From the NCBI GenBank assembly GCA_046598045.1, contig JBKJJJ010000127.1, forward strand, positions 1 to 64,000: DNA of 64,000 bases, given 5' to 3'. The notes under the pieces were generated by a model. The model did no database searches and was not told the origin of the DNA. It was given only the letters and a program-made list of their open reading frames with translations. Every line of letters begins with the position of its first letter. Positions within the stretch are counted from its first letter, which is position 1. Both the position numbers and the translations under genes were made by a program. The stretch is from Candidatus Eiseniibacteriota bacterium. Lineage in GTDB: Bacteria; Eisenbacteria; RBG-16-71-46; DASYSL01. Positions 28,301-38,600 of the stretch are shown here, in pieces.

Positions 28301-28954
28301 AACTTCCACCCTACGCTGTCGTACCTCCGGGCCCTGCTACCGCGCACCGGAGAACCCCCGCTCGCGCGCGATGGCGAGACCTATCGCCTCAATCCGGATT
28401 ACGCCTGGTCGTGCGATCTGTGGGAATTCGATGCCGCCTACAGCGAGGCCAGGCGCGGCGCAGGCGGCGGCGCGAGCGAGGCGGCGTCCGAGCGGGTGGT
28501 GGCGCTCGCCGACCGGCCGCTGCTCGAAGGCATCTACGGATCGTGGGCCGAGGAGTCCCAGGCGCGCGCACGGGACCGTGTCGAACAGGCATGGCGCACG
28601 CTCGGCGGGTTGCGCGTCGTGCGCGGCGACCACGAGGCCGCGCTCGCCGCGTTCCGACGCGCGTCGGAACTCGACGAGTTTCGCGAGTCGACGCGGGTCG
28701 CGCTCGTCGAGTGCCTCGTACGACTCGGGAATCGCCGGGCAGCGATCGTCGAGGCCGAACGGCTGCGCGAGATCCTCGCGCGCGAGCTGGGGGTCGATCC
28801 CCTGCCCGAGACCGAGGAGGCGCTGGCCCGCGCGCTCGAGGGTACGAGCTTGATCCGCAATGGGAAGAAACTTCGCCAGAGCCCAGCAGGACAATCGCTT
28901 ACGAAGTCTGATCAAGTCAGGCTCAAGCCTACCATGGAAGGATCTCGACGATGA
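25391..28954 (+). CDS. MalT-like STAND ATPase transcriptional activator with TPRs and C-terminal OmpR-type wHTH/BTAD (SARP-like)
   Basis: Probable GTG start after GGAG. Walker A ADAGYGKTT, Walker B LLVLDDFH, RGWPTAL, helical repeats, LFGPPRLEIDG...SRELLIESFWP, BTAD-like ELDEFRE...RELGVDPLPET. Confidence 0.88.
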   Translation: MTPARKRHSPTTSSTSTVLRSKLVRPNEGPRLLDRSRLVDGLAAHADRPLSLVVADAGYGKTTVLVAASRRLRRPVLWYSLLASDADPVVFGRHLLAVFRADDPRFGRDFERALEELKPGPRAGELLGGVLANAVAALKGPARLLVLDDFHEVSQAPGVLAIVETLLRQPSDRLQLWIASRTPPPLAIDRLRVRGDVFEIDSNQLAFTREEIARLFGDVFARPTGEEEAAALESATRGWPTALHLVHAALERSPGASVTEALRAVSESPLDLHSYFSSEVYARLDEDSRRVIGRTSALDHFDTGLAEVLAGVAGTRPILAGLTRRGLLRSFGSGAATTFACPDLVRTFVRGTIEEAGGPESLRRLEADTALALRARGETERALRHALRSGDADVACALTGEIASALLREGRAAALLEYLAALPVARVDADATLRRFRADAHQAVGQWNEAAVDYEAALAAARALPDREAEARALLGLGKVWNLRGHHEQVLGLAERALAGARDLPLDVRARFLQTKAAAHFYLGQFSASVALLDQVRALLGSSPDPDLIVPTVHNLAIAYAAQGRYREASVEFRAALAQVRGAASPRAPLYLSNLATLLLEIGEWSEARAAAEEGLAAAQRFSNRMHETMCHEALAEVLAHTGDLDGALASLRRAEELNADLRMDVLAADLLALRGRIFCARGQYRRAVEFMTRALDHLAERPDAPRRTSFVTQLAWCELRAGRPTVARDRLRAEVSAVDQGENEDQRMRVHYWLAESQLALGEAPDEAARHLAIALACVRVRGYEHFLRVQAREEPAPMLHALELGIEVDACAGALVEAGATVEAPLLTLLGAAPIAVGEAVLTVLAEIGGDAALEELPAIARARRALAPAARTALRHIEERVRRGRAPGAGGRARPGVASVDGPGAARLVLFGPPRLEIDGRPVPASAWRTQRAFHVMLALALQPRGMSRELLIESFWPGRQAAAGRRNFHPTLSYLRALLPRTGEPPLARDGETYRLNPDYAWSCDLWEFDAAYSEARRGAGGGASEAASERVVALADRPLLEGIYGSWAEESQARARDRVEQAWRTLGGLRVVRGDHEAALAAFRRASELDEFRESTRVALVECLVRLGNRRAAIVEAERLREILARELGVDPLPETEEALARALEGTSLIRNGKKLRQSPAGQSLTKSDQVRLKPTMEGSRR

Positions 28955-31605
28955 CTCTCCGGGCCCCGACTCCGCGCCTCTCTCACCTCACGCATCCCTG
29001 CTCTGCCGGGCGGCGCGGGCGGGGCCTCGGGCTGTTCCTCGCTACGACCGCGCTCGCTCTCGCATGCGCATTCCCCCCGGCGCATGCAGGGCCTTACGTC
29101 TGGGACCAGGACGGAGACGGCGTCGACGATCGCATGGAGACCGTGCAGGTCCTCGGCTATCGCTTCGCCTTCGAGAACGCCGACTCGCTGGGACGGCAGC
29201 GCTTCGAGGTGTCACGGGACGCCGGCGGATTCCTGTTCGGCGTGTACGTCGTGTACGACCACCAGCCGACCCCGGCCGATCTCGCCGCGCTCAGCGCGCT
29301 CGGCATGCCGGTGATGCATCGCCTCGAGGCGGTGCCTGCCGTGCGCAGCACCGCCACGCTCGGCCAGGCGACGCTCGCGCGCAACCTGGCTGGCGTCGAA
29401 CGCATCGAGGTCATCCCGGTTCTCTATCCCGACCTCCACAACGCCACCGCCGCGCTCGGTGTGCGTGACCCCTCGGAGGTCGTGTTCCCGACCTGGGAGA
29501 CGGCCGGTCTCGCGGGCGCCGGTGTCGAGGGGCCCCCGGTCGGGGGGGTTCCCACGCGGCGCGGCCAGGGCATCGTGGTCGCGATCCTCGACACCGGGAT
29601 CAACGACGCCCCGGATAACGGGTATCCCGGGCACGAAGCGGTCGCCGGGCGCGTCCTCGGCGGGGCCGACTTCACGCACGGCGACTCGCTGCTCGACACC
29701 CCGCGATCGGGAAGCGTGAACCCCGCGGATCATGGCGGCCCGGCGACGGGCGCGCACGCAACCCACGTCGCGGGGATCGTGGCGGGCACCGGCGGCGGCA
29801 GCGGCTACGCCGTGGGCCTCGCGCCCCTGGCCCGACTGGTCGACGTCAGGGTGCTCGGGGATCTCGGCAAGGGTAGCGCCGTCGCCGAGGCGATCGACTG
29901 GTGCATCGCCAATCGCGCGCGCGACTGGGGCGATCCCGATCCCTCCAACCGCGGGATCGACGTGATCAACCTGTCGCTCTCGAGCGTGGACCTGAGCGAT
30001 GGAAACGACGTGGCCTCGCGCGCCGCGGCGCGCGCGGTGCAGAGCGGAATCGTGGTGGTCGCCTCGATGGGCAACGACGCGCTGAGAGCCCACGTGCCCT
30101 CGCCGGCCGCGGGCGACGGAGTGATCGCCGTGGGCGCGTGGGACATCCAGCGCAGCGGGGCTCCGGGGGATGATCGTCCGGCGACGTTCAACAACACCGG
30201 CCCGCGCGCGGACGACGGCGATGGCGACCCCAGCGACGAGCAGAAGCCGACCCTGCTCGCCCCCGGAGTCGGCATACTGGCGCCCGACGGGGACCCGACC
30301 AGCGACGGCGCCCAGTACCGCCGCGCGAGCGGCACGAGCGCGGCGGCGGCCATGGTCAGCGGCGTGGTCGCGCTCGAGGCCTCGGCCCACCCGGGGATGT
30401 CTCCGGGGGCGATCACCCGTCTGCTCACGACCACGGCCCGCCGGGAACTCCCAGGGCTGGCCCCCGGGACCTCCGGCGTCGACCCGCGCTGGGACTCGGC
30501 GCGCGGCTTCGGGTTGGCGGACGCCTATGCCGCCGAGCTCGAGGCGGTCGCCCCGGGGCACACCCAGGTCCGCCGGCTCCAGCTCACGACGAGCCCGGAC
30601 TCGATCGCGGCCGAGCTCTGGTCCCAGCGCGAGCGCGGTGCGCTCTACCTGGTGCTCGAGCGCGCGGCCGACGCCTCTGGCTCGCCCGGAGCTTTCGCCG
30701 CCTACGACTCGTTCCTGTGCGTGGGAGACTCATCGCTCGCCGACGTGTCGAACCGGTTCGTCTACGCCCGGGGCTGGCCCATCGCGTCGGCGGAGCGCGG
30801 GCGGGCGTACTGGTACCGCGCGGCCTACACCGAGGACGGGATGCGTTTCGCGGGGCCGGCAAGGCGTCTCGCCACGCCGATCGGAACCAGCCGGGCCACG
30901 CTCGAGGCGATCATCGTCCACAACGCGTACGACCATGACCTCAACGCGGTGTTCGAAGGCGTGAGCGGCTATGCCGGCTCTCCCGGCATCCTGACGTGGC
31001 CGCTCCCGGGGAGTTCCGCAGCGATCGCGAGCGACTGGGTTTCGGGGGTTTCGGCGACGGGCAACGTCTCCCAGACCTTCCGCGTGGAGATCCCTGTCGG
31101 CGCCGCCGAGAACTACCTCCCGCCGTCGGATTCGTCGCCCTGGACGCTGCGCGTGGGCGAGGGTGGCTACTTGAATCGATCCGGCCGCATCGAGCGCTTT
31201 CGGCTGACCTGGCACGGCCCCGACGGTGACGTCGTGTACGAGGGCTCCCCCTCTCCGGCGCCGACGATCGAGGGCCAGACCACGCGCGTCAGGATCCCGG
31301 CCGCGGTGACGGGCGTGCCCGATTTGGACACCCGGCAGCCGACCGGGCTCGCCGTCTTCCCGAACCCCGCGCGGACGAGCACGGCTCTCGAATTCTCGGT
31401 GCGCGCGGGCGACGCCACCCGGGTGGACATCTTCGATCTCGCCGGCCGCCACGTCGGCGCGACGCCGCTCGCACCCAGCGGTTCAGGCCTTGTCGGCGCG
31501 CGTTGGATCGCCCGCGACGTCCGCGGGGCAGCGCTTGCCCCGGGGGTCTACTTCGCTCGCGCAGGCCGTTCTCCGGCGCGCCGCCTGGTCCTGCTCGCGC
31601 CTTAG
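28951..31605 (+). CDS. Secreted S8 subtilase with C-terminal FlgD/T9SS-like domain
   Basis: Triad ILDTG / HATHVAG / SGTSAA, oxyanion SMGND; C-terminal FPNPA...IFDLAGRHV...PGVYFAR; ATG overlaps the regulator TGA. Confidence 0.9.
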   Translation: MTLRAPTPRLSHLTHPCSAGRRGRGLGLFLATTALALACAFPPAHAGPYVWDQDGDGVDDRMETVQVLGYRFAFENADSLGRQRFEVSRDAGGFLFGVYVVYDHQPTPADLAALSALGMPVMHRLEAVPAVRSTATLGQATLARNLAGVERIEVIPVLYPDLHNATAALGVRDPSEVVFPTWETAGLAGAGVEGPPVGGVPTRRGQGIVVAILDTGINDAPDNGYPGHEAVAGRVLGGADFTHGDSLLDTPRSGSVNPADHGGPATGAHATHVAGIVAGTGGGSGYAVGLAPLARLVDVRVLGDLGKGSAVAEAIDWCIANRARDWGDPDPSNRGIDVINLSLSSVDLSDGNDVASRAAARAVQSGIVVVASMGNDALRAHVPSPAAGDGVIAVGAWDIQRSGAPGDDRPATFNNTGPRADDGDGDPSDEQKPTLLAPGVGILAPDGDPTSDGAQYRRASGTSAAAAMVSGVVALEASAHPGMSPGAITRLLTTTARRELPGLAPGTSGVDPRWDSARGFGLADAYAAELEAVAPGHTQVRRLQLTTSPDSIAAELWSQRERGALYLVLERAADASGSPGAFAAYDSFLCVGDSSLADVSNRFVYARGWPIASAERGRAYWYRAAYTEDGMRFAGPARRLATPIGTSRATLEAIIVHNAYDHDLNAVFEGVSGYAGSPGILTWPLPGSSAAIASDWVSGVSATGNVSQTFRVEIPVGAAENYLPPSDSSPWTLRVGEGGYLNRSGRIERFRLTWHGPDGDVVYEGSPSPAPTIEGQTTRVRIPAAVTGVPDLDTRQPTGLAVFPNPARTSTALEFSVRAGDATRVDIFDLAGRHVGATPLAPSGSGLVGARWIARDVRGAALAPGVYFARAGRSPARRLVLLAP

Positions 31606-31619
31606 CCCCGGCTTCAAAA

Positions 31620-31707
31620 CCCGGCTCGCACCACCAGCTCCCCGGCTCGCTCCTCCAGCTCACTGGCCCGCCCGCTCAAGTCATTCTCAAGTCCCTCCCC
31701 CTAGTCT
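31620..31707 (+). promoter_or_regulatory. Direct repeats and possible -10 upstream of the second subtilase
   Basis: 21-bp tandem CCCGGCTCGCwCCwCCAGCTC x2 (31620-31661); CTCAAGTC x2 at 11-bp period (31675, 31686); TAGTCT 8 bp downstream. Confidence 0.5.
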
Positions 31708-31823
31708 CGCCGCAGTTGGGAGCGCCGGCAATGAGCCGGTCTTGACCGGGTGGCAGGCGGGACTCGGGTCCCGCCGCCACCGGTACGCGAGCGACGCCAC
31801 GGCGTCGAGGGGGAACATTGATC

Positions 31824-34800
31824 ATGGTGCGACACGCCTTACTCCGGGCCCTGGGCTTGTCCGCGCTGCTGGGGACGCTCGTTGCGTCGCCATCGGCCGC
31901 GGCGTGGATGTGGGATCAGAACGCGAATCGGATCGATGACCGCATGGAGGCCGTCGAGACCGACGGACCCCTGGCAGCGCGCGTGGACGGCGCCATAGAC
32001 GGACGCCTGCGCATCGCCCTGCTGAACGCCGCTGCGCCCTACGTCTACGGTGTCTACGTCGGGTACGACCACCATCCGGGCGACGGCGACGCCGCCGCGC
32101 TCGCCGCCACCGGCGCGCCGGTGCAGGTGCGCTACGAGAACATCGACTACATCCGCACCCAGGTGACACTCGCCCAGGCGCAGGCGATCGCCCAGCTCCA
32201 GGGCGTCACGCGCGTCGAGACCATTCCCATGCTCTATCCCGTGAACGACATCGCGACCCAGGTGCTCCGCGCGCGGCCGTCGGGCGGGCAGCTGTTCCCC
32301 AGCGTGTGGGGCGATCTCGGAGTGACCGGCCGCGGCGTCTCGGTCGCGATCCTCGATACCGGCGTCAACGACGCTCCGGACTCGACGAACGGATACCCGG
32401 GCCACGAATCGCTGCGCGGCAAGTTCGTCGGGGGCGGAAGCTTCTTCTCCGGCCAGCCGGCCCTCAACACGCCGCTGAACAGCAGCGAAAACCCGAAGCA
32501 TGCGCAGGACCCCGAGCTCACCTTCCACGGCACGCACGTCGCGGGCACGGCCATCGGCTCCGGCGGGCCGAACGGCGTGCTGGGCGGCGCGGCCCCGGGC
32601 CTGTACGCGGGCCTGGCCCCGGACGCGCGCCTGATCGACTGCAAGGTCCTCTCCGACGCCGGGCTGGGGTTCGGCGCAGCGGATGCACTCGACTGGCTGA
32701 TTCACCACAAGAACGACAGCTGGGGCCTCTCGGGCGCCGACTCCATCTATCGCGGGGTGGACGTCGCGAACATGTCGCTCGGCGGCACCGACAACTCCGA
32801 CGGCACCGACGCCAGCAGCGCCGCCGTCAACGCGGCCTCGCGCGCCGGGATCGTGGTCTGCGTCGCCACCGGCAACGACGGCAAGACGAACTATATCGCC
32901 TCGCCCTGCGCCGCGGACCTGGCGCTCAGCGTGGGCGCTTTCACCGACAACAACACGATCGGACGCGAGGACGACCTCGTCGCGAGCTACAGCAACGAGG
33001 GCCCCCGCCTCGACGACCGCGACGCCGACCACGTGGACGAGATGAAGCCCTCGGTCCTGGGCTCGGGCACGGGCGTCCTGTCGGCGCTCGGTGATCCCAC
33101 GACCAATGGACGCCAGTACCACCACATCAACGGCACGAGCATGGCCACCCCGACGATCGCGGGCGTGTGCGCGCTCATCCTCTCCGCGCGGCCGAACCTG
33201 TCGCCCGACGACGTGCGGCGGATCATCCAGGACACCGCCGAACACCGGACCGACCGCGGCAAGCAGGCAGCGGGCGCGTCCAATCCCTACGGGATCGACC
33301 CGAACTACCATCCCTCGTGGGGCTGGGGCATGCCCGACGCCTACGCCGCCGTGCGCGAGGCGACGAACCCGAGCACGACCCAGATCGTGCGCATGACCCT
33401 CACGCCCCAGCGTGGCCCGGACGCGGTCCGCGTCGCCTGGTCGACCCAGCGCGAGGTCGATCTCTCGCGCTTCGTGGTCGAGCGCGCGCCGGACGTCGTC
33501 GGCGGCCCGGGCGCGTTCCAGTCGATCTACACGCAGACGGTCGCGAATCCGCAGTGGCAGATCCGCGGGATCGCGAATCGCCACCCCTACGCCTACGTCG
33601 ACGGGGATCCGACGCTGGACCCGGGCGCGAAGTACTGGTATCGGCTGCGCTGGATCGACACCAGCGGGTTCACCTACCAGGAACCCGCGCTGTCGGTGCG
33701 CATCGCCGACAGCCCGGTCGTGGCGCGCTTGCTCTACTCGTGGACCCACAACTACTCGGACGGCGACCTCGCCATTCGCGTCGGCACCGGGACCTCGACG
33801 CTGTATCCGATCTGGTTTCGCGCCGGCCTGGGGGCCCCCGCGGCGGACTCGATGAAGACGCGTTCGGGCGTAGCCTTCACCGGGACCAAGCAGTACTACT
33901 TCCACGTCGATCTCACGACGGCCGACCTGGTCGAAGGGTTCCTGCCGCCGAGCGCGGCGAACCCCTGGTTCCTGGGCGTCAAGGAGGGCGGCTTCGTCAA
34001 CACGAAGGGCACCGTGAACGACTTCTCGATCCAGGTCTTCGGGCCGAGCGGGACGACCACGTATGCCGCTCCGAATCCGGCGACCCAGACGGTCGAGAAG
34101 ACCGAGACCGTGTTCTGGATCCCGGCCGACCCGGCCGCGTCGACGAACCACGCTCCGGTCTTCCAGGCGGTCGGACCGCAGACCATCGGCGAAGGCCTGA
34201 TGCGCCGCTTCACGGTGCAGGCGTCGGATGCCGACGGCGACCTCCTCACCTACAGCGCGCTCTCGCTCCCTCCCGGCGCGCTGTTCGACACCGGCACTCA
34301 CCGCTTCGAGTGGACGCCCGGGTATGCGGCGGCCGGCTCGTACACGGTGAGGTTCGTCGCCACGGACAACCACGTCCCGGCCGCGGCGGCCGACACCGAG
34401 GTGGTCGCGATCACGGTCACCGACCGCAGCCCGAGCAGCAACCTGCCCCCGGCGTTCGACGTGATCTCCGATCGCTCCGCGATCGTCGGGGAGCCGGTGA
34501 GCTTCCGCGTCACGGCGCGCGATCCCGAGGGCTCGGCTCTGACCTACAGCTTGGTGGACCCGGGGTCGCTCGGGCAGCTCGATCCGGCGACCGGGGCGTT
34601 CAGCGTCACGATGTCGAACAGCGGCTACTTCCGCTTCGGCTTCGTCGCCACCGATCCGGGCGGACTCACCGACTCGATGACGGTCGTGGTCTCGGCGATC
34701 GACCCGGTGATCGGCCCCGCCCCGCTGTCGGCCTGCGAGGAGAACGCGCAGGTGTTCACGGGCGTGGTCGGCATGGGCGTCCCCGAAGTCGCCCCGGGCC

Positions 34801-35372
34801 AGGTGGAACTGCCGTTCACCTCGCCGGCGGGGATCCAGCGCATCCAGGCCACGCTGTCGTGGTTCGGCAGCCCGGCCGTGGATCTCGATCTCTACCTGCT
34901 CGACGCGAGCCACAACGTCGTGAAGGCGGCCGCCTCGAGCAACCCCAGCGAGAACCTCGTCTACAGCACGCCGGTGGCGGGCAACTACTTCTGGCGCGTC
35001 GTCAGCTACGCGAGCCCGGACACCGCGAACTTCCAGATCGCCATGAGCCAGTGCGTCACCTCACCGCTGGTCGGCGTGGCCGGAGGCGGGGCGGCCCGGG
35101 TCTCGTTCGCGCGCACCGTGCCGAACCCGTTTACGCTCTCGACGCGGGTGTCATTCTCGATGCCGGCGGCGGGCCATGCGACGCTCAAGCTCTATGACGT
35201 TGCCGGTCGCCTGGTGCGCACGCTCGAGGACTCCGACCTGCCGGCGGGAACGCACTCGCGGGTGTGGGACCGCCGAACCGACCGTGGCACGACCGCGACC
35301 GCGGGCCTGTACTTCTACCAGCTCGAAGTGGGCGGAAAGCGCTTCGGGCAGAAGGTGATCCTCGCGCGCTGA
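31824..35372 (+). CDS. Secreted S8 subtilase with two cadherin/He_PIG-like Ig domains, a PPC domain and FlgD/T9SS-like CTD
   Basis: ILDTG / HGTHVAG / NGTSMATP; NHAPVF...ASDADGDLLTYS and NLPPAF...ARDPEGSALTYS; DLDLYLLD (PPC); PNPF...LYDVAGRLVRTL...GLYFYQL. Confidence 0.93.
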   Translation: MVRHALLRALGLSALLGTLVASPSAAAWMWDQNANRIDDRMEAVETDGPLAARVDGAIDGRLRIALLNAAAPYVYGVYVGYDHHPGDGDAAALAATGAPVQVRYENIDYIRTQVTLAQAQAIAQLQGVTRVETIPMLYPVNDIATQVLRARPSGGQLFPSVWGDLGVTGRGVSVAILDTGVNDAPDSTNGYPGHESLRGKFVGGGSFFSGQPALNTPLNSSENPKHAQDPELTFHGTHVAGTAIGSGGPNGVLGGAAPGLYAGLAPDARLIDCKVLSDAGLGFGAADALDWLIHHKNDSWGLSGADSIYRGVDVANMSLGGTDNSDGTDASSAAVNAASRAGIVVCVATGNDGKTNYIASPCAADLALSVGAFTDNNTIGREDDLVASYSNEGPRLDDRDADHVDEMKPSVLGSGTGVLSALGDPTTNGRQYHHINGTSMATPTIAGVCALILSARPNLSPDDVRRIIQDTAEHRTDRGKQAAGASNPYGIDPNYHPSWGWGMPDAYAAVREATNPSTTQIVRMTLTPQRGPDAVRVAWSTQREVDLSRFVVERAPDVVGGPGAFQSIYTQTVANPQWQIRGIANRHPYAYVDGDPTLDPGAKYWYRLRWIDTSGFTYQEPALSVRIADSPVVARLLYSWTHNYSDGDLAIRVGTGTSTLYPIWFRAGLGAPAADSMKTRSGVAFTGTKQYYFHVDLTTADLVEGFLPPSAANPWFLGVKEGGFVNTKGTVNDFSIQVFGPSGTTTYAAPNPATQTVEKTETVFWIPADPAASTNHAPVFQAVGPQTIGEGLMRRFTVQASDADGDLLTYSALSLPPGALFDTGTHRFEWTPGYAAAGSYTVRFVATDNHVPAAAADTEVVAITVTDRSPSSNLPPAFDVISDRSAIVGEPVSFRVTARDPEGSALTYSLVDPGSLGQLDPATGAFSVTMSNSGYFRFGFVATDPGGLTDSMTVVVSAIDPVIGPAPLSACEENAQVFTGVVGMGVPEVAPGQVELPFTSPAGIQRIQATLSWFGSPAVDLDLYLLDASHNVVKAAASSNPSENLVYSTPVAGNYFWRVVSYASPDTANFQIAMSQCVTSPLVGVAGGGAARVSFARTVPNPFTLSTRVSFSMPAAGHATLKLYDVAGRLVRTLEDSDLPAGTHSRVWDRRTDRGTTATAGLYFYQLEVGGKRFGQKVILAR

Positions 35373-35456
35373 GCGCGAGCGGATGGGGGCGATCGGTCTT
35401 CGTGCGGACCCCGTTGGGCCCGGAATCCACGGGATCGGCGGAGATCGGTCGTTGAG

Positions 35457-35491
35457 GCGGGCCGGGGAGCAATCCCCGGCCCGCGTCGTTG
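35457..35491 (+). terminator. Probable intrinsic terminator or hairpin
   Basis: GCGGGCCGGGGA-GCAA-TCCCCGGCCCGC perfect stem with GNRA loop, weak U-tract (GTCGTTG). Confidence 0.55.
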
Positions 35492-35619
35492 TTGACACGG
35501 AGGCCGGATCCGGGGGAAACTCATTCGATTTTGTCGCCATTCCCTCTTTTGCGGAATCGTGTCCGGGTCCCCCCTCGGCCTCGCCGTCCGTGCCCCCCTG
35601 ATCAGGAGATCCTGGACGC

Positions 35620-38600
35620 ATGCGTGTTCGCCCGAGCCTCGCGCCGAGTCGTCTTGCATTGCTGGCCGCACTCACCCTCGCTCTGCTCCCGACCTTCGCC
35701 CTGGCCCAGGTTCGCATGCCGCTCGAGGATCTGGAGCGCGGCCTGAGGGCTGCCGAAGGCGGGCAGGAGATTCCGATCGCGAACCGTCCGTTCGCACGCC
35801 AGGTCTCGGTCAATGACCGGCTGTTCGATCGTGCGCCCTCGGGCGCGGAGCCGCCGGCCTACCAGGCGCCCGAGGAGTTCGGCGTCGTGCTCGAGTACGA
35901 CGGTGGCCGGGTCGCGCTCGAGGCCGCCGGCGTGCGCGTCCAGAGCGAGGTCGGCAACATCTTCACGGCGCGCATGAAGCGCGACGAGATCGCGCTCCTG
36001 CGCAACGTGCGCGGCCTGAAGTCGGCGCGCCTCGCGCACTACACGCGGCCGAACCTCAACGTGAGCGCGGTCGACGTGCGCTCGGACCTCGAGCACGCGG
36101 CGGTGGGCTCGCCCCCCGTGTACAACGGGCGCGCGGGCCTCAACATGATCCTCGGCGACGTGGACACGGGGATCGACTTCACGCGCCCGGACTTCATGGA
36201 CGGGCTGGGCAAGACGCGCATCCTCTATATCTGGGACCAGACCGACGCAGTCGGGCCCGGACCGGGCGCGTTCGGCTATGGCTCGGAGTGGACGAAGACC
36301 CAGATCGACAACACGCCTGGCGCGGTCCGCCAGACCGACAGCGACGGCCACGGCACGGCCGTCGCCGGAGTCCTGATCGGCAACGGCTCGCTCACCGGCT
36401 GCTCCGCCCCGGCGTACCGCTACGTGGGCATGGCGCCGCTCGCGCAGATCATCGAGGTCAAGACGAACTTCTCGGACGCGGGCATCATCGATGGCGTGAA
36501 CTACATCTTCCAGAAGGCCGCGGCGCTCGGGAAGGACGCGGTCGTGAACCTCTCGCTCGGCAGCCAGTTCGGGCCGCACGACGGCTCGGACACGTTCGCC
36601 TCGGCGATCAGCGCGCTGACCGGCCCGGGCAAGATCGTGGTCGCCTCGGCCGGCAACGAGCAGGCGGACAAGCTCCACGGCAAGCTCACCACGACCTCGA
36701 CCACGCCGGGCGTCGATCGCGTCACGATCACGGTGCCGGCCTACACGGCGAACGCGGGCACGTTCAACGACTACTTCCTGGTCACCGGCTGGTACGACCC
36801 CACGGCGAGCTACACGATTCGCGTCAAGGCCCCGAACGGGACGGACTCGCTGTCGTGCGGCTTCGGCGCCAACAAGGACAAGAACACCGTCAGCGGCAAG
36901 ATCTTCATCGCGAACCAGAGCACGCTCTACGGCTACGGCGGCACGCCGAAGGGCCGGCAGTTCGAGGTCGAGGTCTACGACTCGCTCTCGACGCGCCGCC
37001 CGACAGCCGGCACGTGGGAGATCTCGATCGTCTCCAACGGCGCGCCGAACATCGGCAAGCGCGTCGACACGTGGATCTACCAGGCGCTGCTCGGCGCCGC
37101 GGGCGCGAGCCCGGTGACCGCTATCAGTCTCGACAACACCACCGTGGTCGGGAGCCCGGCGGACGGCGACAGCGTGTTCGCGGTCGGCGCCCACACCACG
37201 AAGGCCTCGTGGTTCTCGTGCGCCCAAAACGGCACGTGCGCCTACTCGGTCCCGCCGACGCTCAACGCGATCGCCTCGTTCTCCTGCATCGGCCCGCGCA
37301 GGGACGGCGTGCTCAAGCCCGAGATCACGGCCCCCGGCTTCGGCGTGGCCACGACCCACTCGGCGCAGGCCCCCGCGATCGGCATCTGCGGCGACGTCGA
37401 TGACGGCGTGCACGAGGTCGAGGCCGGCACGAGCTTCTCCGCCCCGCACGTCGCGGGCGCGGCCTCGCTGTTCCTCTCGGCCTACCCGGGCTCGTCGCCG
37501 AGCCGGGTCAAGCAGGCGTTCGAGGCGCACGCGCGCACGGACGGCTTCACCGGCGCGGTGCCGAACAACACCTGGGGTTACGGCAAGCTCGACATCTACG
37601 GCACGTTCGACCACACCGCTCCGGCCGTGGCGGTGACCTCGCCGAGCGGCGGCGAGTCGTGGGCGGTCGGCTCGAGCCACAACATCACCTGGACCGCGAG
37701 CGACGCCTCGGGCGTCACCTCGGTCGACCTCGCCTACTCGACCGACGGCGGCGGCAGCTACCCGAACGCAATCGCCACCGGGATCGCGAACTCGGGCTCG
37801 TACTCGTGGTCGGTGCCCAACGCGGTCACCTCGACGGCGCGCGTGCGGGTCACGGCGCACGACCCGTTCAACAACACGGCGGCCGCCCAGAGCGCGGCGA
37901 ACTTCGCGATCGTCGACGGCACGCCGCCGACGGCGAGCGTGGTCGCCCCGAACGGCGGCGAATCGTGGGGCGCGGGCTCCTCGCAGACGATCCAGTGGAC
38001 CGCGAGCGACAACCTGGCGGTGACCGGGGTCGACCTCGCGTACTCGACCGACGGCGGCGCGACCTACCCGAACGTGATCGCGACCGGCCTGGCGAACAGC
38101 GGCAGCTACGCCTGGACGCTGCCGGCGATCTACACGACGACCGCGCGGGTCAAGGTCACCGCCTACGACGCATCGGCGAACGCGGGCGTGGGCACGAGCG
38201 CGAACAACTTCTCGATCGTCGACCTGACGCCGCCGACGGTGACCGTCACCTCGCCGGTGGGCGGCGGATCGGTCGAGGCGGGCTCGAACACGAACGTGGC
38301 CTACACCTACGGCGACAACGTGGGCGTGACCTCGTTCGACATCGAGTACTCGGCGGACAACGGCGGCAGCTGGGCGACGCTCGCGACCGGCGTCGCCGGG
38401 TCGCCCTACCTGTGGGCCGTGCCCGCAACGCTCGTGCCGCAGGCGAAGCTGCGCGTCACCGCGCACGACGCCGCCGCGAACACGGGTAACTTCACGACCG
38501 GCGCGTTCTCGATCGTGGACACGACCCCGCCCGCGATCTCGCTGATCGCCCCGAATGGCGGGGAGACCTGGACCGAGGGCGACAGCCGCCTGATCGACTG

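Noticed and set aside
25391..31605. STAND ATPase + protease as an Avs-like anti-phage system
   Set aside because: The ATPase ends in a DNA-binding/BTAD module, and the proteases have signal peptides and secretion CTDs, which fits regulation of exoenzymes.
31620..31693. CRISPR or mini-array
   Set aside because: Only two adjacent 21-bp units with no spacers and no cas genes.
35492..35521. Sigma70 promoter for the third subtilase
   Set aside because: TTGACA is present but overlaps the preceding hairpin tail, and the candidate -10 (GAAACT) is weak.
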